DNA of 64,000 nucleotides from Leidyana gryllorum EB-2025a (taxonomy: Eukaryota > Protista > Apicomplexa), in NCBI GenBank assembly GCA_048772705.1, contig JBLWGC010000121.1:229020-293019 (forward strand). The letters run 5' to 3'. The notes under the pieces are model-generated. The model saw only the letters and a program-made list of their open reading frames with translations. It was not told the DNA's origin and ran no database searches. The position numbers were made by a program, and so were the translations under genes. This document shows, piece after piece, positions 38,401 through 48,791 of this stretch. Every line of letters begins with the position of its first letter. Within the stretch, counting starts at the first letter, position 1.

Positions 38401-40690
38401 AAAGTCGCAAATCAGACACACTCCAGCTATCAGGAGCTGCCCAAACACAGCATTGTTCGCCACAGAAGGCAAGTTGTGATCCCACAGTGGCTCGAAGTTG
38501 TTTGAGTTTCTCACCCCAAGTTTTCAGGCGTCGCTCTCTGTGTGATTCTTCTTCTCTCGGTTTAATGAGTTTGAGTGCTTCTTTGCACGCAATTTGATGA
38601 GAGTCTGCTCCTGGCACCGCCAGGGCAGGTGATGGCAATGTCAAAATGCATCTTTGGAGTCGGGACGGATCAATACATTCCGGACTCCATGTGGGCATAT
38701 CCCCACCATGATCCCGACGGATCGCTCTCTCCAAGGTGAAGGGACTGATGTTCAGAGTCACCAAATGTTTCTTGGCGTCCTCTCGGGCTTGGAGGCCCCA
38801 TGAAGGCAAAGGAGACGTGAGATTGTTGTCAGCGACACAGGGCAACATTTGTAGAACCTCTGGTTTTAGAGGTCCCGGGGCCAAGATGTGGAATGCGAGA
38901 GGACTGCTTTGCTCTCTCTCCTCATCTGCTGCCTGACGCCGGAAATGGCTCAACAAACCTTGGAGAGGGCCCCTCTCAGTTGATACCACCGCCGTCACGA
39001 CGTCCTGGAAACGCTCATCCAACAACTTTCTCAAATTACGCTCCAACCTCGGACCCACATTGCGACCTTTCCCCGCAATGGAGACCAAAAATCGGATTAT
39101 ACAACCGAGCAATTTCCGCTCTCCATTCACCACTGTCTCCAACATTCTCACTCGCTGATCCGGATATCGCTCCAACAGCTTATCCACATATCGATCAAAC
39201 GATACCAATGTCTCCTCCGCCATTACATCACCACCTTTACTCAAATGCGGAATGCTTCCTTTCGCAATCTCACGCACCCGACGCCGAAGTCGATACTCCA
39301 ACGACTTCACCTTGAAGATATTGATCAAACGATACTCGTTCGATTCCACATTGGCCATTCCAACGTAAACAACCGAACCTTCCGTCTCACGGTACCCAAA
39401 CTGCAATGAAAGTGCGCGTACGCACACGTGTGTGTGCCGACATAGCTGCACAAGCATCACTCACCACTTGGGCTGCATAGGCTTGAAGAGCGCCGTCCAG
39501 TAGGGCCGGCCCGCTACCGGAACAGCGAAAACACAGAGCAGAACGCTCCCTGTCAAACCGTATGCCTTCACCCAACCTTTCGTAATCCGCCAACGAAGCG
39601 AATTGCACCACTTCCACTTCGGACGGAAGAACCTCCCGCGCACGGTGACCAAAATACAGAGGACTGTCGTCCTCCTCTACGCATCCGTTGCTCACCAATG
39701 CGTAAAAAACTATGGACCCGCGCGTTCGATTGAATTCCGAATCCGATATCACCAGCTTCGCTGGCTTGAAGTGTAACCCTCCACAGTTATTGCTTTCCCT
39801 CTTCAACACTCGCCCACGATCGCCAAATTCACTGAACAACTCGCCCAATATGGTATGTGTACTCAAGAGTTGGCGCAGTTGGCCTAACAATATATAGATG
39901 AATACACAAACACATAAGCTGGCCGTCACTCACTGATCGCGGGCTCGGGCAGGAGCGAGAGGAGAGTGAGCCAAGCCACGGCGACACGAGTGGCCGTTTC
40001 GAACCTTCGGGATCGCTTGTCAGCACTGAACAGATCGTTCAGCTGGCTCCCCACATCGTCAGTACATATGGTTACATTTTTGCTGCCACAGACCCAGAGT
40101 CCTGACGCTTCGTGGTAAGAGATTTGCGCGTTCTCGCCGTTCAGCTTCTCCGCTGCGTGAAGAACAAGCCGCCAACCCTCTTGCTCGGTGTATTGATGTT
40201 GCCCGGCATCACTGAGTATATCTAATTGGACCTTCCACTGCTCTTGGAGCTCAGGAAACTCCTCATCCGGAGGATAATCGAAGAATTTGGGCAAACCACT
40301 GATCAGAAAGCCGGTTGACCCAGAAGCAACCAAGTCAAGATCACATACACACACTTGAGCACACACGCACACACACATTCGCTTCAGCTTTGTGCAGCTT
40401 ACCGGCGAAGGATCTCTGTTTTATCGTTGACAGTGTGAAGAGCGAGCCCGCGGCGCAGGTGCCACTGCGGTGGCAGATTCGAGCAGATCCTGCGGTTCGC
40501 TTACCCGAAGATATTGATTCTTGGCATAGGTCTCATCTTCTCCAGCAGCCCGCGCCAACCGTACGTCGAGCACGGACCCATTCAGTCCTCGCCAGACAGA
40601 TCGTACCGTTCGTAATGATGCAGCATTGGCTTCTACTAATTCCCAAATAGCGCCAGGCGGCTCTACTCTCCTAAGCTTCCACATGCTCAT
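35435..40690 (-). CDS. Trifunctional Trl1-type RNA/tRNA ligase: adenylyltransferase + polynucleotide kinase + 2',3'-cyclic phosphodiesterase
   Basis: Spliced RRGLPKFFD; motif I EKLNG (~40136-40150); WVCGSKN; TILGELF; EGSVV; IFKVKSLEY; P-loop GFPGCGKST (~38210-38235); ILLDK; RVVRRRDHPTL; 2H motifs LHVT and PHIT (~36035 and ~35805). Confidence 0.85.
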
Positions 40691-40710
40691 CCCTTTTTTT
40701 GAGACTGAAA

Positions 40711-41385
40711 ATGTCCGTGTTGATAGTAGTGGATGCTCAGCACGACTTTGTGGACTCTGATGCCCCGTTAGCGGCTAAGGATGGCTTGAAGGTGATTGCA
40801 GCTATCAATTCAATATTGACTGATGGCCATAAGTGGTCTCTGATTGTGGCCTCGATGGATCAGCATCCGAAAGACCACTGTTCCTTTGTGTCACAGGGCG
40901 GTCCATGGCCGGAGCACTGTGTCCGAGATAGTCGAGGTGCGGCTTTACACTCGGATTTGAGGCTGCATGACACTGCTGCGAAAAACCGTGTCCCTATAGT
41001 GTGTGTCCACAAAGGTGTCACCCGGACACACGATTCATATAGTGCCTTTGGAAGTAAATTCGAAGATGACACGATGGGCTCAGAGACCACACATTTAGAC
41101 GAAATGCTCTGGGAGCGTTTTGATCGAGCTGACCCCCCTGACATTGTGATTGTGGGCTATGTGCTTGAGGTCTGCGTTTTAGCGACAGCGATTTCAGCTG
41201 TGAAAGTGGGCTTCAAGCGAGTCATCATCCTAATTGATTGTGTCGCCCGTCTTCACGATGAGGACAGTTGGGACGATCAACCCGAGGTCGAACGCTTGAA
41301 GCGAGTCGGAGTAACTCTTATGACTTCCAACGAGTACCTCGCTCGCCGGGACCAGATCACAACCACCGTGACAGAGTCGGCTTGA
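40711..41385 (+). CDS. PNC1: Nicotinamidase/pyrazinamidase (isochorismatase superfamily)
   Basis: VVDAQHDF; DQH...HCSF; WPEHCV; KG..DSYSAF; G..EVCV. Catalytic D-K-C and metal ligands present; intronless. Confidence 0.88.
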   Translation: MSVLIVVDAQHDFVDSDAPLAAKDGLKVIAAINSILTDGHKWSLIVASMDQHPKDHCSFVSQGGPWPEHCVRDSRGAALHSDLRLHDTAAKNRVPIVCVHKGVTRTHDSYSAFGSKFEDDTMGSETTHLDEMLWERFDRADPPDIVIVGYVLEVCVLATAISAVKVGFKRVIILIDCVARLHDEDSWDDQPEVERLKRVGVTLMTSNEYLARRDQITTTVTESA

Positions 41386-41556
41386 GCAGGAGCAGGTTTA
41401 GAGTGTAGCTAGTTGGTCACAGTCAGTGAGTGAGTCAATCAGTCTATCATTGTGGGGCCAGTTGTTCACTGACAATACGGCAAACCGCCTCACGCTTCAA
41501 TCATCAGTCCAGAATCTGACCTTTACTTTTCTTTTTTCGTGTTCGCTGAAAGCAGT

Positions 41557-43420
41557 ATGAGTATCCCCCCTCCTGGTAAGAACCGTCCGCTCTCCGTTCC
41601 GCTTCAATCCAATCTTTTCAGCCCCTCCTCCAACGAGTGATACTCCGTCCGCCGGACAAGCTGATTGGCAGGGTAAGTCAGACTTTCTCAGCGGCGCCTA
41701 CTCTCACACCTTCACACAACCCCAGGCGCACGTCAGGACGTCCGGTCACGACCCTTTGTACCCCCCCAGGACCGGTTAGAGGCGATTTATATTGGTCACA
41801 TTGCCAAAGATGTGTCAGATGAACTGCTCAAGAAGGTGCTGCTCCAGTGTGGAACTATCAGCCGATGGACCCGCTCTCGAGACCCTCTGGCCGATGCACC
41901 CACTTCCTTTGGATTCTGCGAGTTCGAGTCGCCCGAAGCCGTCTGGAGAGTCACTAAGTTGATCGACGGCTTGAGCCTCGGCGGTTCCAACCTCATTGTC
42001 ACCTGCCCCCAAAAGACAAAGGAGCTCATGGAGAAATGGCACTCACAGCGCCTATTCTTCCTCCAAAAGGCCAATCCCCACTGGAGCTCCGATCAGGTTG
42101 AAGAAGAGTTCCTCCAAGACGACCAGAGAGTGATGGCCATCATGAAGAAGATTGTCGAAGATATTGAAGAGGCCATCAAACGTAATAGAGCTGAAAGAGA
42201 AGCAGATGAAAAGGCCAAAGCCACCCGCATGGCCGCTGTCCGCCAACGACTCAGTGACCGACGGGAACCGACTGGAAACAAAAAGCAACGACTTTCGGAC
42301 GGCAGCAGTCTCTCGCGAGGACAACGCCAAGACGGGGATCACAGAGAGCGCAAGAAGAAACAAAACGCCGGAGGGATTCCAGCATATATTCTCAACAAAC
42401 AAACCCATCGAGTCGAGAGCGTAAAAGCCAGAAAACGAGATATGGACGCCGAGTTCGAACGACGAGCAGCTCACTGGGATTCAGAGGTTAATACTATCAT
42501 CTCTGAGGCTATCAAGTGAGCAAACCTTCGTTGTCTTCACGTATACCCTCTATTCTTACCACAGACGCTGGAAACGCTTTGAAGAGGCCTTCATCAGCAG
42601 TTTACCCACTCGCCGGGTGGCCCTCCAGCTCATTGAGCAAGATTTGCGCGAGGTCAACTATGTTCTCTCCTTACCCTACTTGGACTCCTTGGGTCGCAGC
42701 ATCCTCTACGATTTCAACTCACGAGACATTATGGAAACAATACCCAAAGAGTCGGATGAAGACGGCATACCCAACAGTCGCACCTGGCAGAAACGTGTTC
42801 TTATGGAACGCAAACGTATGCGCGACAGTGAAAAGTAAGTTATAAGAATCTTCGCCTGTCCTTCATGCCGCTGGCAGACGCGAAGACGCGCAGGATCACG
42901 AGGATGTCGAAATCGAAATGCGGGAGAAAGCTGCCAAAGCTGAGCGAAAGATCGCCCTGAAAGTCAAGTTGCAGCTGCGAGCTCAAGCTGAAGCTCAGCG
43001 TGCTGCTGCGGCTGAAGCCGCTGAAGAACCCGTCAAGTCACCGCCTGTGCCGGGAGAGGATACTCCCAAGCCGGCGTCACCGCAACCTGGCGAAGATGTC
43101 GCCGAGGTTCAAGTGATAGACTGGCAGAGGCTAGTGAAGGAGGGATACTTTGATAATGATAATCCCTTCAGAGGCTGGTTGGTGAAACGTATGACCGACT
43201 ACGTGGGCCCAGACGACTCGGAGGAACTGGCGGAGTTCATCTTGGACATGGTAAGGCGAGTTTTTATTTTTCATTGACACACACGTGTGTGCAGCTGCCG
43301 CCCAAGAGCTCTACAACACCCAGCAAGACCGGTTTGGTGAAAGATCTGATGGATTTCCTGGACGAGGAGACCGAAGGGTTCGTTGGTGAGATGTGGGAGC
43401 GCTTGGCTGGCGGAACCTGA
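41557..43420 (+). CDS. RBM25: RBM25/Snu71-like splicing factor (RRM + charged region + PWI)
   Basis: LYIGHI..CG.I.RW.R..FGFCEFESPE RRM; PWI region IDW..GWLVKRM.DYVG..LAEFIL..DFLDEETEGFV.EMWE.L. Confidence 0.85.
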
Positions 43421-43462
43421 AGTTTGGAGTTGCAAAAAAAAGTGAGTATCTGTTTAGACCAG

Positions 43463-43738
43463 ATGGCTATTGGGTGGTATTGTCCCCTGGAAGAGCAGCG
43501 TGAATTAGACGCTGATTTGGCCATATCTTTGGGGGCAGTCCCTCGTCGACATAGAGGTCGATTACGTGCCAGGGAGCGGCGGCGGTGGAGCGATGAGTTG
43601 GGGATGGCCCTTTCCCATACAGATAGATTGAGGTCAGAAATCGGTGGGGATCGAACTGAGCTGTATCTGGGTGGGTTGATGGTCGCCTCGATCTTTGGTC
43701 TGGGCGGGTGGATGATCCATTTGTGGCGGCGAGACTAG
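43463..43738 (+). CDS. Possible small tail-anchored membrane protein
   Basis: ~90-aa ORF ending in a hydrophobic helix LYLGGLMVASIFGLGGWMIHLW plus RRD; no homology recognised. Confidence 0.3.
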   Translation: MAIGWYCPLEEQRELDADLAISLGAVPRRHRGRLRARERRRWSDELGMALSHTDRLRSEIGGDRTELYLGGLMVASIFGLGGWMIHLWRRD

Positions 43739-44419
43739 TGTGCGAGCGGCGATGCCACGATGATGAAAAGCGATCGATATACAGACTATCTATATACACG
43801 TGTACTTGATATACGATACAAAACATCTCCCAGTCAACATGGGACAAAGAAAGTGCCAAAAGTGTCCCACAACAGCAGCAACGGCAAAGTGGCCTGTGAC
43901 AGGAATTTGATTGAAGGCTCGAGAAAGGAGACTCAGTTCGAAGCCATTCCGAAGCTGTAATTCATGAAAATTAGAGATTGGCCAACATACAGCACGGGAA
44001 GAGAATGAATGATAACAAACAAAAGGTTCGGTGCGTGCGTGTGTGCGATCGATCGATCCATCCAAACACAGTGGTCTGGGGTTGAGAGTTGGTCACTCAG
44101 TCTGTCGTGGTCCACACGACAATGGCGGCAAGAGGGGGGTGGTTCCCTCCTTGTGGATGCTTGAGTTGTTCCTTTAGGGCCGTGTTCTATCGTTCCGTAG
44201 TTGACAATGATAGATAAGCAGCACAATGTTCGTTAGAATTGCTCAAACAACGCGCTGTTGATCGTAAAGGACCTGCGCGTACCGCCGGGAGTGTGTGTGG
44301 ACCTTTTGTGTGAATGATACCCTCACTTGGCTTGGCTTCCGCTTCGCATCCAGAAGAGAAGAGTTGGTCATGTCACAGAGGTAATAATAATATCGAGTGA
44401 GAAGGTGGATCATTGTTCG

Positions 44420-46150
44420 TCATTGAGAGGGGATTTGGGGGAGTTGTGAGCTCCCAGATACACTCGGCGGCGGCTCGGGCGGCGGTCGGGGAACACCATC
44501 GACTATAATTTGGAAAGTCTTAGAGATCACATAGTCAATGTGACTTTCCACCAGGGCAGGTGGAAGTGGGGGTGTGAAGCAGCTAACAACGGCTTTATAC
44601 AAGACAGACCATTCTGTGGCACCAATCAACGTGGCGACCAATTGAGCGGCACTTAGTGCCACATTCAGCAGTGTGTGGGCATCTCTTCGAGTGTGCACGG
44701 CGTGAAAAAGAATGCTCAAGAATTGCCAAGTCGACTTGGACGAAAAATACGGTGTCTCTTCCTCATCGACCACTCTGACGGCCCTAATCGGCAGAGGAGA
44801 GGTCGAGTTTACGGGCGCAACAGGCCGACGGATAAGTCGGCTAACTGACAACGCTCCGTCACAATACTCATATTGCCCAATGTAGCCACTACGCGCTGTC
44901 AATTCCCTGTCCTCTTCTCCCTCTGAAGACTCTTCGGCCACCATTGACAGTCTCCTCGTCGGAGTGCCAATGTGAAATACTCGAATACTTCCCTCACTCG
45001 GCTTCGTCGGGGGCGGTGCAGCAGCGATCTTATGGACAGGAATCTTAGCGGGGGCCGCAGAATAAACCCGAGGCTCAGCGATCGGAATAGTGGCGCTGGG
45101 GACTGTGGGCGGCGGCCGAGCGGGCGAGTGAGACTCGACGGGTTCCCGGATGAGATTGGGCGAGGGTGGCGGGGGGCTATGGACGATAAGAGTTGGCACC
45201 TCGGTGGCCACTGCCACGGACGGCCGCTGCGACATTGGGGGAGATTCGGGAGTCAAGTGAGACGGTCGGTGCGCGGTGGGAGTGGTGGCGGCCGGCGGGG
45301 TGGCGGAGGAGAAGGTTGGTGGTGCTTCTCCCCGAATGTCACCTATCCGGGTCTCCTTGAGGGGCTCTTCAGTCCGTCTCCGTAGCACTTTGCGATCGTC
45401 GGTGAGGTCAGCCGTTGAAGAGCAGCCGGCAGGCCCCGAAGATTGCCGAGACGCACTGCAATTGGTGGAAGTGTCTGGGACGGATGTGTTGCGTCTTGGC
45501 TTCGCAGCCTCGTCAGTGGGAGACGGCTTTGGCCCTCGGCGTATAGCCCAGGCGGGTAACAATGGAGTTGGCGGTGTCATTGCGGAGGGTGGAGTGGTGT
45601 GGGAGTGTTGGCGATTGAAGGTGGCGGCGGTCGAATCAAAGGTCACTTTACGGTGGTATTGTCGGAACCCCTGCGGCGATCTGACTGTGATGAGGCCGGA
45701 GGGATTGGACTCGACCCGCTGAAAACGGCCTTCTTTGTCTCGAATGACTCTGCCGGTGACCAAAGAGACCTTTTCGACTCCTCTGAGATCGGTCACTTGA
45801 TACTCGATGGATGTCGGATGAACCCAAATTAGATGCGGCAGAGATGCACCCCCCAGAACAATGATTGATCTGCGCAGATCCAAAACGCTTCCGTCTGTTA
45901 CTTCATTGATAATAGTCGTAGGCGGTGGAACCCCACAAAGAGAAGGCATCCCAGCGACGCGTCCCAAGTGAGGAGTGAGGATGTCTTGAGAACTCAGATT
46001 CCACAGCATCACATTGTGAGGCGGTGGTAATCTGGGATATGTATTGAGAGAAACTCCATCACTCGATGGTAAAGATAGAGCTCCCTGAATTACGACCCCA
46101 TTCTGCCTGGTGGTCTCTCGCCAACTCGTTGTCGAACATTCAGATGTCAT
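44420..46150 (-). CDS. Hypothetical Pro/Ser/Thr-rich protein
   Basis: 576-aa intronless ORF; TAAAATTT motif upstream of the ATG. Confidence 0.6.
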   Translation of the reverse strand: MTSECSTTSWRETTRQNGVVIQGALSLPSSDGVSLNTYPRLPPPHNVMLWNLSSQDILTPHLGRVAGMPSLCGVPPPTTIINEVTDGSVLDLRRSIIVLGGASLPHLIWVHPTSIEYQVTDLRGVEKVSLVTGRVIRDKEGRFQRVESNPSGLITVRSPQGFRQYHRKVTFDSTAATFNRQHSHTTPPSAMTPPTPLLPAWAIRRGPKPSPTDEAAKPRRNTSVPDTSTNCSASRQSSGPAGCSSTADLTDDRKVLRRRTEEPLKETRIGDIRGEAPPTFSSATPPAATTPTAHRPSHLTPESPPMSQRPSVAVATEVPTLIVHSPPPPSPNLIREPVESHSPARPPPTVPSATIPIAEPRVYSAAPAKIPVHKIAAAPPPTKPSEGSIRVFHIGTPTRRLSMVAEESSEGEEDRELTARSGYIGQYEYCDGALSVSRLIRRPVAPVNSTSPLPIRAVRVVDEEETPYFSSKSTWQFLSILFHAVHTRRDAHTLLNVALSAAQLVATLIGATEWSVLYKAVVSCFTPPLPPALVESHIDYVISKTFQIIVDGVPRPPPEPPPSVSGSSQLPQIPSQ

Positions 46151-46276
46151 ACTCTGCTGAAATTTTAACTTTCACAACCTGACCCTTGTAGACACACAGC
46201 TCAAACCACCAGTCGACACGCTTTTCCCCCTCACCGTGTGCGAACACACCCCCCGCACAACAGCTTGTCTGGAGAC

Positions 46277-46703
46277 ATGAGATTCACCGTCCTACTCCTC
46301 TTGACCTGCCTCGCCACCGCAGAAGATCATCCCCGGCACCGAGGAAGACGACAGGGCAACCGACAAAAACGGGAGGCCAACCAACCCGCGCCTCAGACTC
46401 AGGAAAGTGCCTCCCATGCGATGGGCAGTGATTCGAGCAGTTCCCGTGAGCATGCCGTCACAGAATGCACGCAATAATACACTACCCATAGATAAGCCAG
46501 CGTCCTACGAGGCTGATCATTCAGCTGAGGCCGAGCCCGCTAATGGTCCGCGGCCCTCGCATGAATGGCAAGCGCCCGCAAAAATGGATCAGGGCCCCAG
46601 TCTGGACGTCCTACAGAAGCTCACCCAGGGCCTGTTCGGCCAACTAACGCAAAAGGGGATGACGGGGAGCATCGAACCCGATGAAAACATGAAGAATGTG
46701 TAA
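46277..46703 (+). CDS. Small secreted protein, paralog 1
   Basis: Signal peptide MRFTVLLLLTCLATA; one GTGAG..TAG intron; C-terminus GPSLDVLQKLTQGLFGQLTQKGMTGSIEPD. Confidence 0.7.
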
Positions 46704-47408
46704 TCAATTGACGCCACTAATCAAATGATCGGTACCTATCCAGACCGATGTTCCTTCTTAGCCGCGCCCGGTGGTCACAACACTTGTTTCTGCCCATGTC
46801 TCTCAATGTGTGGTGTGTGCGTTGTAGCACTCACGAATCAACATTCGTCGCAAGCACAATCTGTAACTGAGGGCTCGTATCTGGAGCACAGTGCAGATAC
46901 CTATTACCCAAAGCTTGATTAGTGCGAGCCCTTTTGGAATGAGCGGGCCCATAACCGCGACTATATTGTCTGCGAGTGGGCATTGCTGCTTTGAGGCACG
47001 ACGGAGCTAAGTGGATGTGGGGCTGCGATCGCCCTGTTGTCAAGCAACGGCTGAGGAGGACATGCGCGGCATCCATACTCGTGTCTTCAAAGCCGTTGGC
47101 GTGAAGTGCAGCCGGGGCAGACTTGCGAGCGTTACATTATAGGATCTGGAAATCTAAGATTTCTCTGGAAAGCGGAGCTGCTCCAGCAGTGTCGGGCTCC
47201 CGAAGGCTCAAATTGTGTGAAAGAGAAAGTGCGGCAGTATCACGTGTCTCTTCACCGACTTGGGCCGCCGTCATACACCGGATTCTTCTTCTTGACAGTT
47301 CCCCGTGGCGGTACGGGTCGCACGCGAGAGTTTGTCCTCGCAGATGGGAGATCGCCGGCTTTCGATGGCGGCAGACTGGAATCGTTTTCCCAGTAAAAGG
47401 TTGTGAGA

Positions 47409-47927
47409 ATGAGATACTCGGTGGTACTATTGGTTTGTGCGATCGTTACATCTGGCGGCGTGGTGTCTGCCTCGAGTGCGGATGTGTGGGCGGCTGATCG
47501 CGTTAATGGAAAGAGTGAGTGAGCCCTGGTTTGGGTATTGGTGGGAAGCAGAGTTTGGTTTATGGCAGATGGGCTTCGACGTCATTTGAAGACTCGCCGA
47601 CGTCGCCGGCCCCAAGCCGCGGGGGAGTCGTCGTCGCCGGAAAGTCAAGCAGCAAATAGTCATTCGCGCTCGGTACAATACGATACTAACACAAGCGACG
47701 AGCTGGAGGAAGCGGGTGCACAGGGGGGGGCCAAGGGGGACCCTGAGGGCGCGGACGCGGCGGCTGAGGGTCCTCAGCCCACTTATCCGTGGAAACAGCC
47801 GCCCGATCTGAAGAGCGGGCCGGATCTGTCGGTTTTAAACGCGTTGTCGCAGGGTCTGTTGGAGCAGTTGGGACAGAAGAAGATGGGTGGAAGCATTGAG
47901 CCCGATACAGCTTCGAAAGCTAATTGA
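47409..47927 (+). CDS. Small secreted protein, paralog 2
   Basis: Signal peptide MRYSVVLLVCAIVTSGGVVSA spliced (GTGAG..CAG) to ORF 47538-47927; C-terminus GPDLSVLNALSQGLLEQLGQKKMGGSIEPD. Confidence 0.7.
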
Positions 47928-48042
47928 GGGGACCGCACTTTGTGACTGTTGCCTAAACTGTAACTTTTCACATCATAAGATAACACGTGTCTGGTGAGGG
48001 TGAAAGCTTTTCCAGCGAAACCGGTGTCAGCCTATCACTACT

Positions 48043-48657
48043 ATGAAGTCAATCGCTTTACTGTTATTGAGTCTGGTCGTGGCTGCGCAAGACGAAGGCA
48101 TTAAAGAACCCGTGGCAGCGGCCCCACAGCCGAGTGATGCCGATTGCCGCCGCATATTAATGAACGTTCGGGAACAGGGAGGTATGGAGGGTGCCTCTTT
48201 AGATACCGCTGGGATGACCCGACCGCTGATCGACTCCCCCTCTGCACTGGTGCTGTCCCACCGCCACTCGATGCTACGGGGGCAACAGTTACCGCTTCCG
48301 TTGCCGCTCCCGGGCCCAGCGGGCGATCTGCTCACCCGCATGGGGGTCATCCACGAGTTGTTTGAACAGCTCGCCGCTCAGCATGGGGTACGTCGGGGAG
48401 ACACAGAGTACCTGGACGAGCTCGATATGGCTATGATGCAAGTCTGCAAAGACAAAGCCGCGCACGGCGACCTCGGCGCAGCCCTCCAGGACGCGGTGAG
48501 CGGAGCCACGGGAGGTCCCAAACCGGCCGCCAAGGACGCCGACGACAAGAAACCTGAAGTAGAGGACAAGAAATCCGACGAGGCCGCCAGTGCAGACACT
48601 GGTGGTTTCGACGGAGACTCCCATAAGAAGCCAGAAGACGCGGGCGAATCGAGTTAG
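48043..48657 (+). CDS. Small secreted protein with an acidic C-terminus (possibly a distant member of the same family)
   Basis: Signal peptide MKSIALLLLSLVVAA; 204-aa ORF. Confidence 0.6.
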   Translation: MKSIALLLLSLVVAAQDEGIKEPVAAAPQPSDADCRRILMNVREQGGMEGASLDTAGMTRPLIDSPSALVLSHRHSMLRGQQLPLPLPLPGPAGDLLTRMGVIHELFEQLAAQHGVRRGDTEYLDELDMAMMQVCKDKAAHGDLGAALQDAVSGATGGPKPAAKDADDKKPEVEDKKSDEAASADTGGFDGDSHKKPEDAGESS

Positions 48658-48791
48658 CGACGGCTCTTTTGCAGCACGCGAAATACTCGTCATAGATTGA
48701 CCCTTTATGTTATTCATTGTCGCTCCGAAACATTAGTCGGTCGCTAAGAGTCGTTCCTCTGATCGCCTCTTCCGAGAGTGGCAGTAAAAAA

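Noticed and set aside
40711-41385. Recent bacterial HGT or contamination for the intronless nicotinamidase
   Set aside because: It is tightly embedded among intron-containing genes, other genes here are also intronless, and nicotinamidases are common in protists. A phylogeny would be needed to claim transfer.
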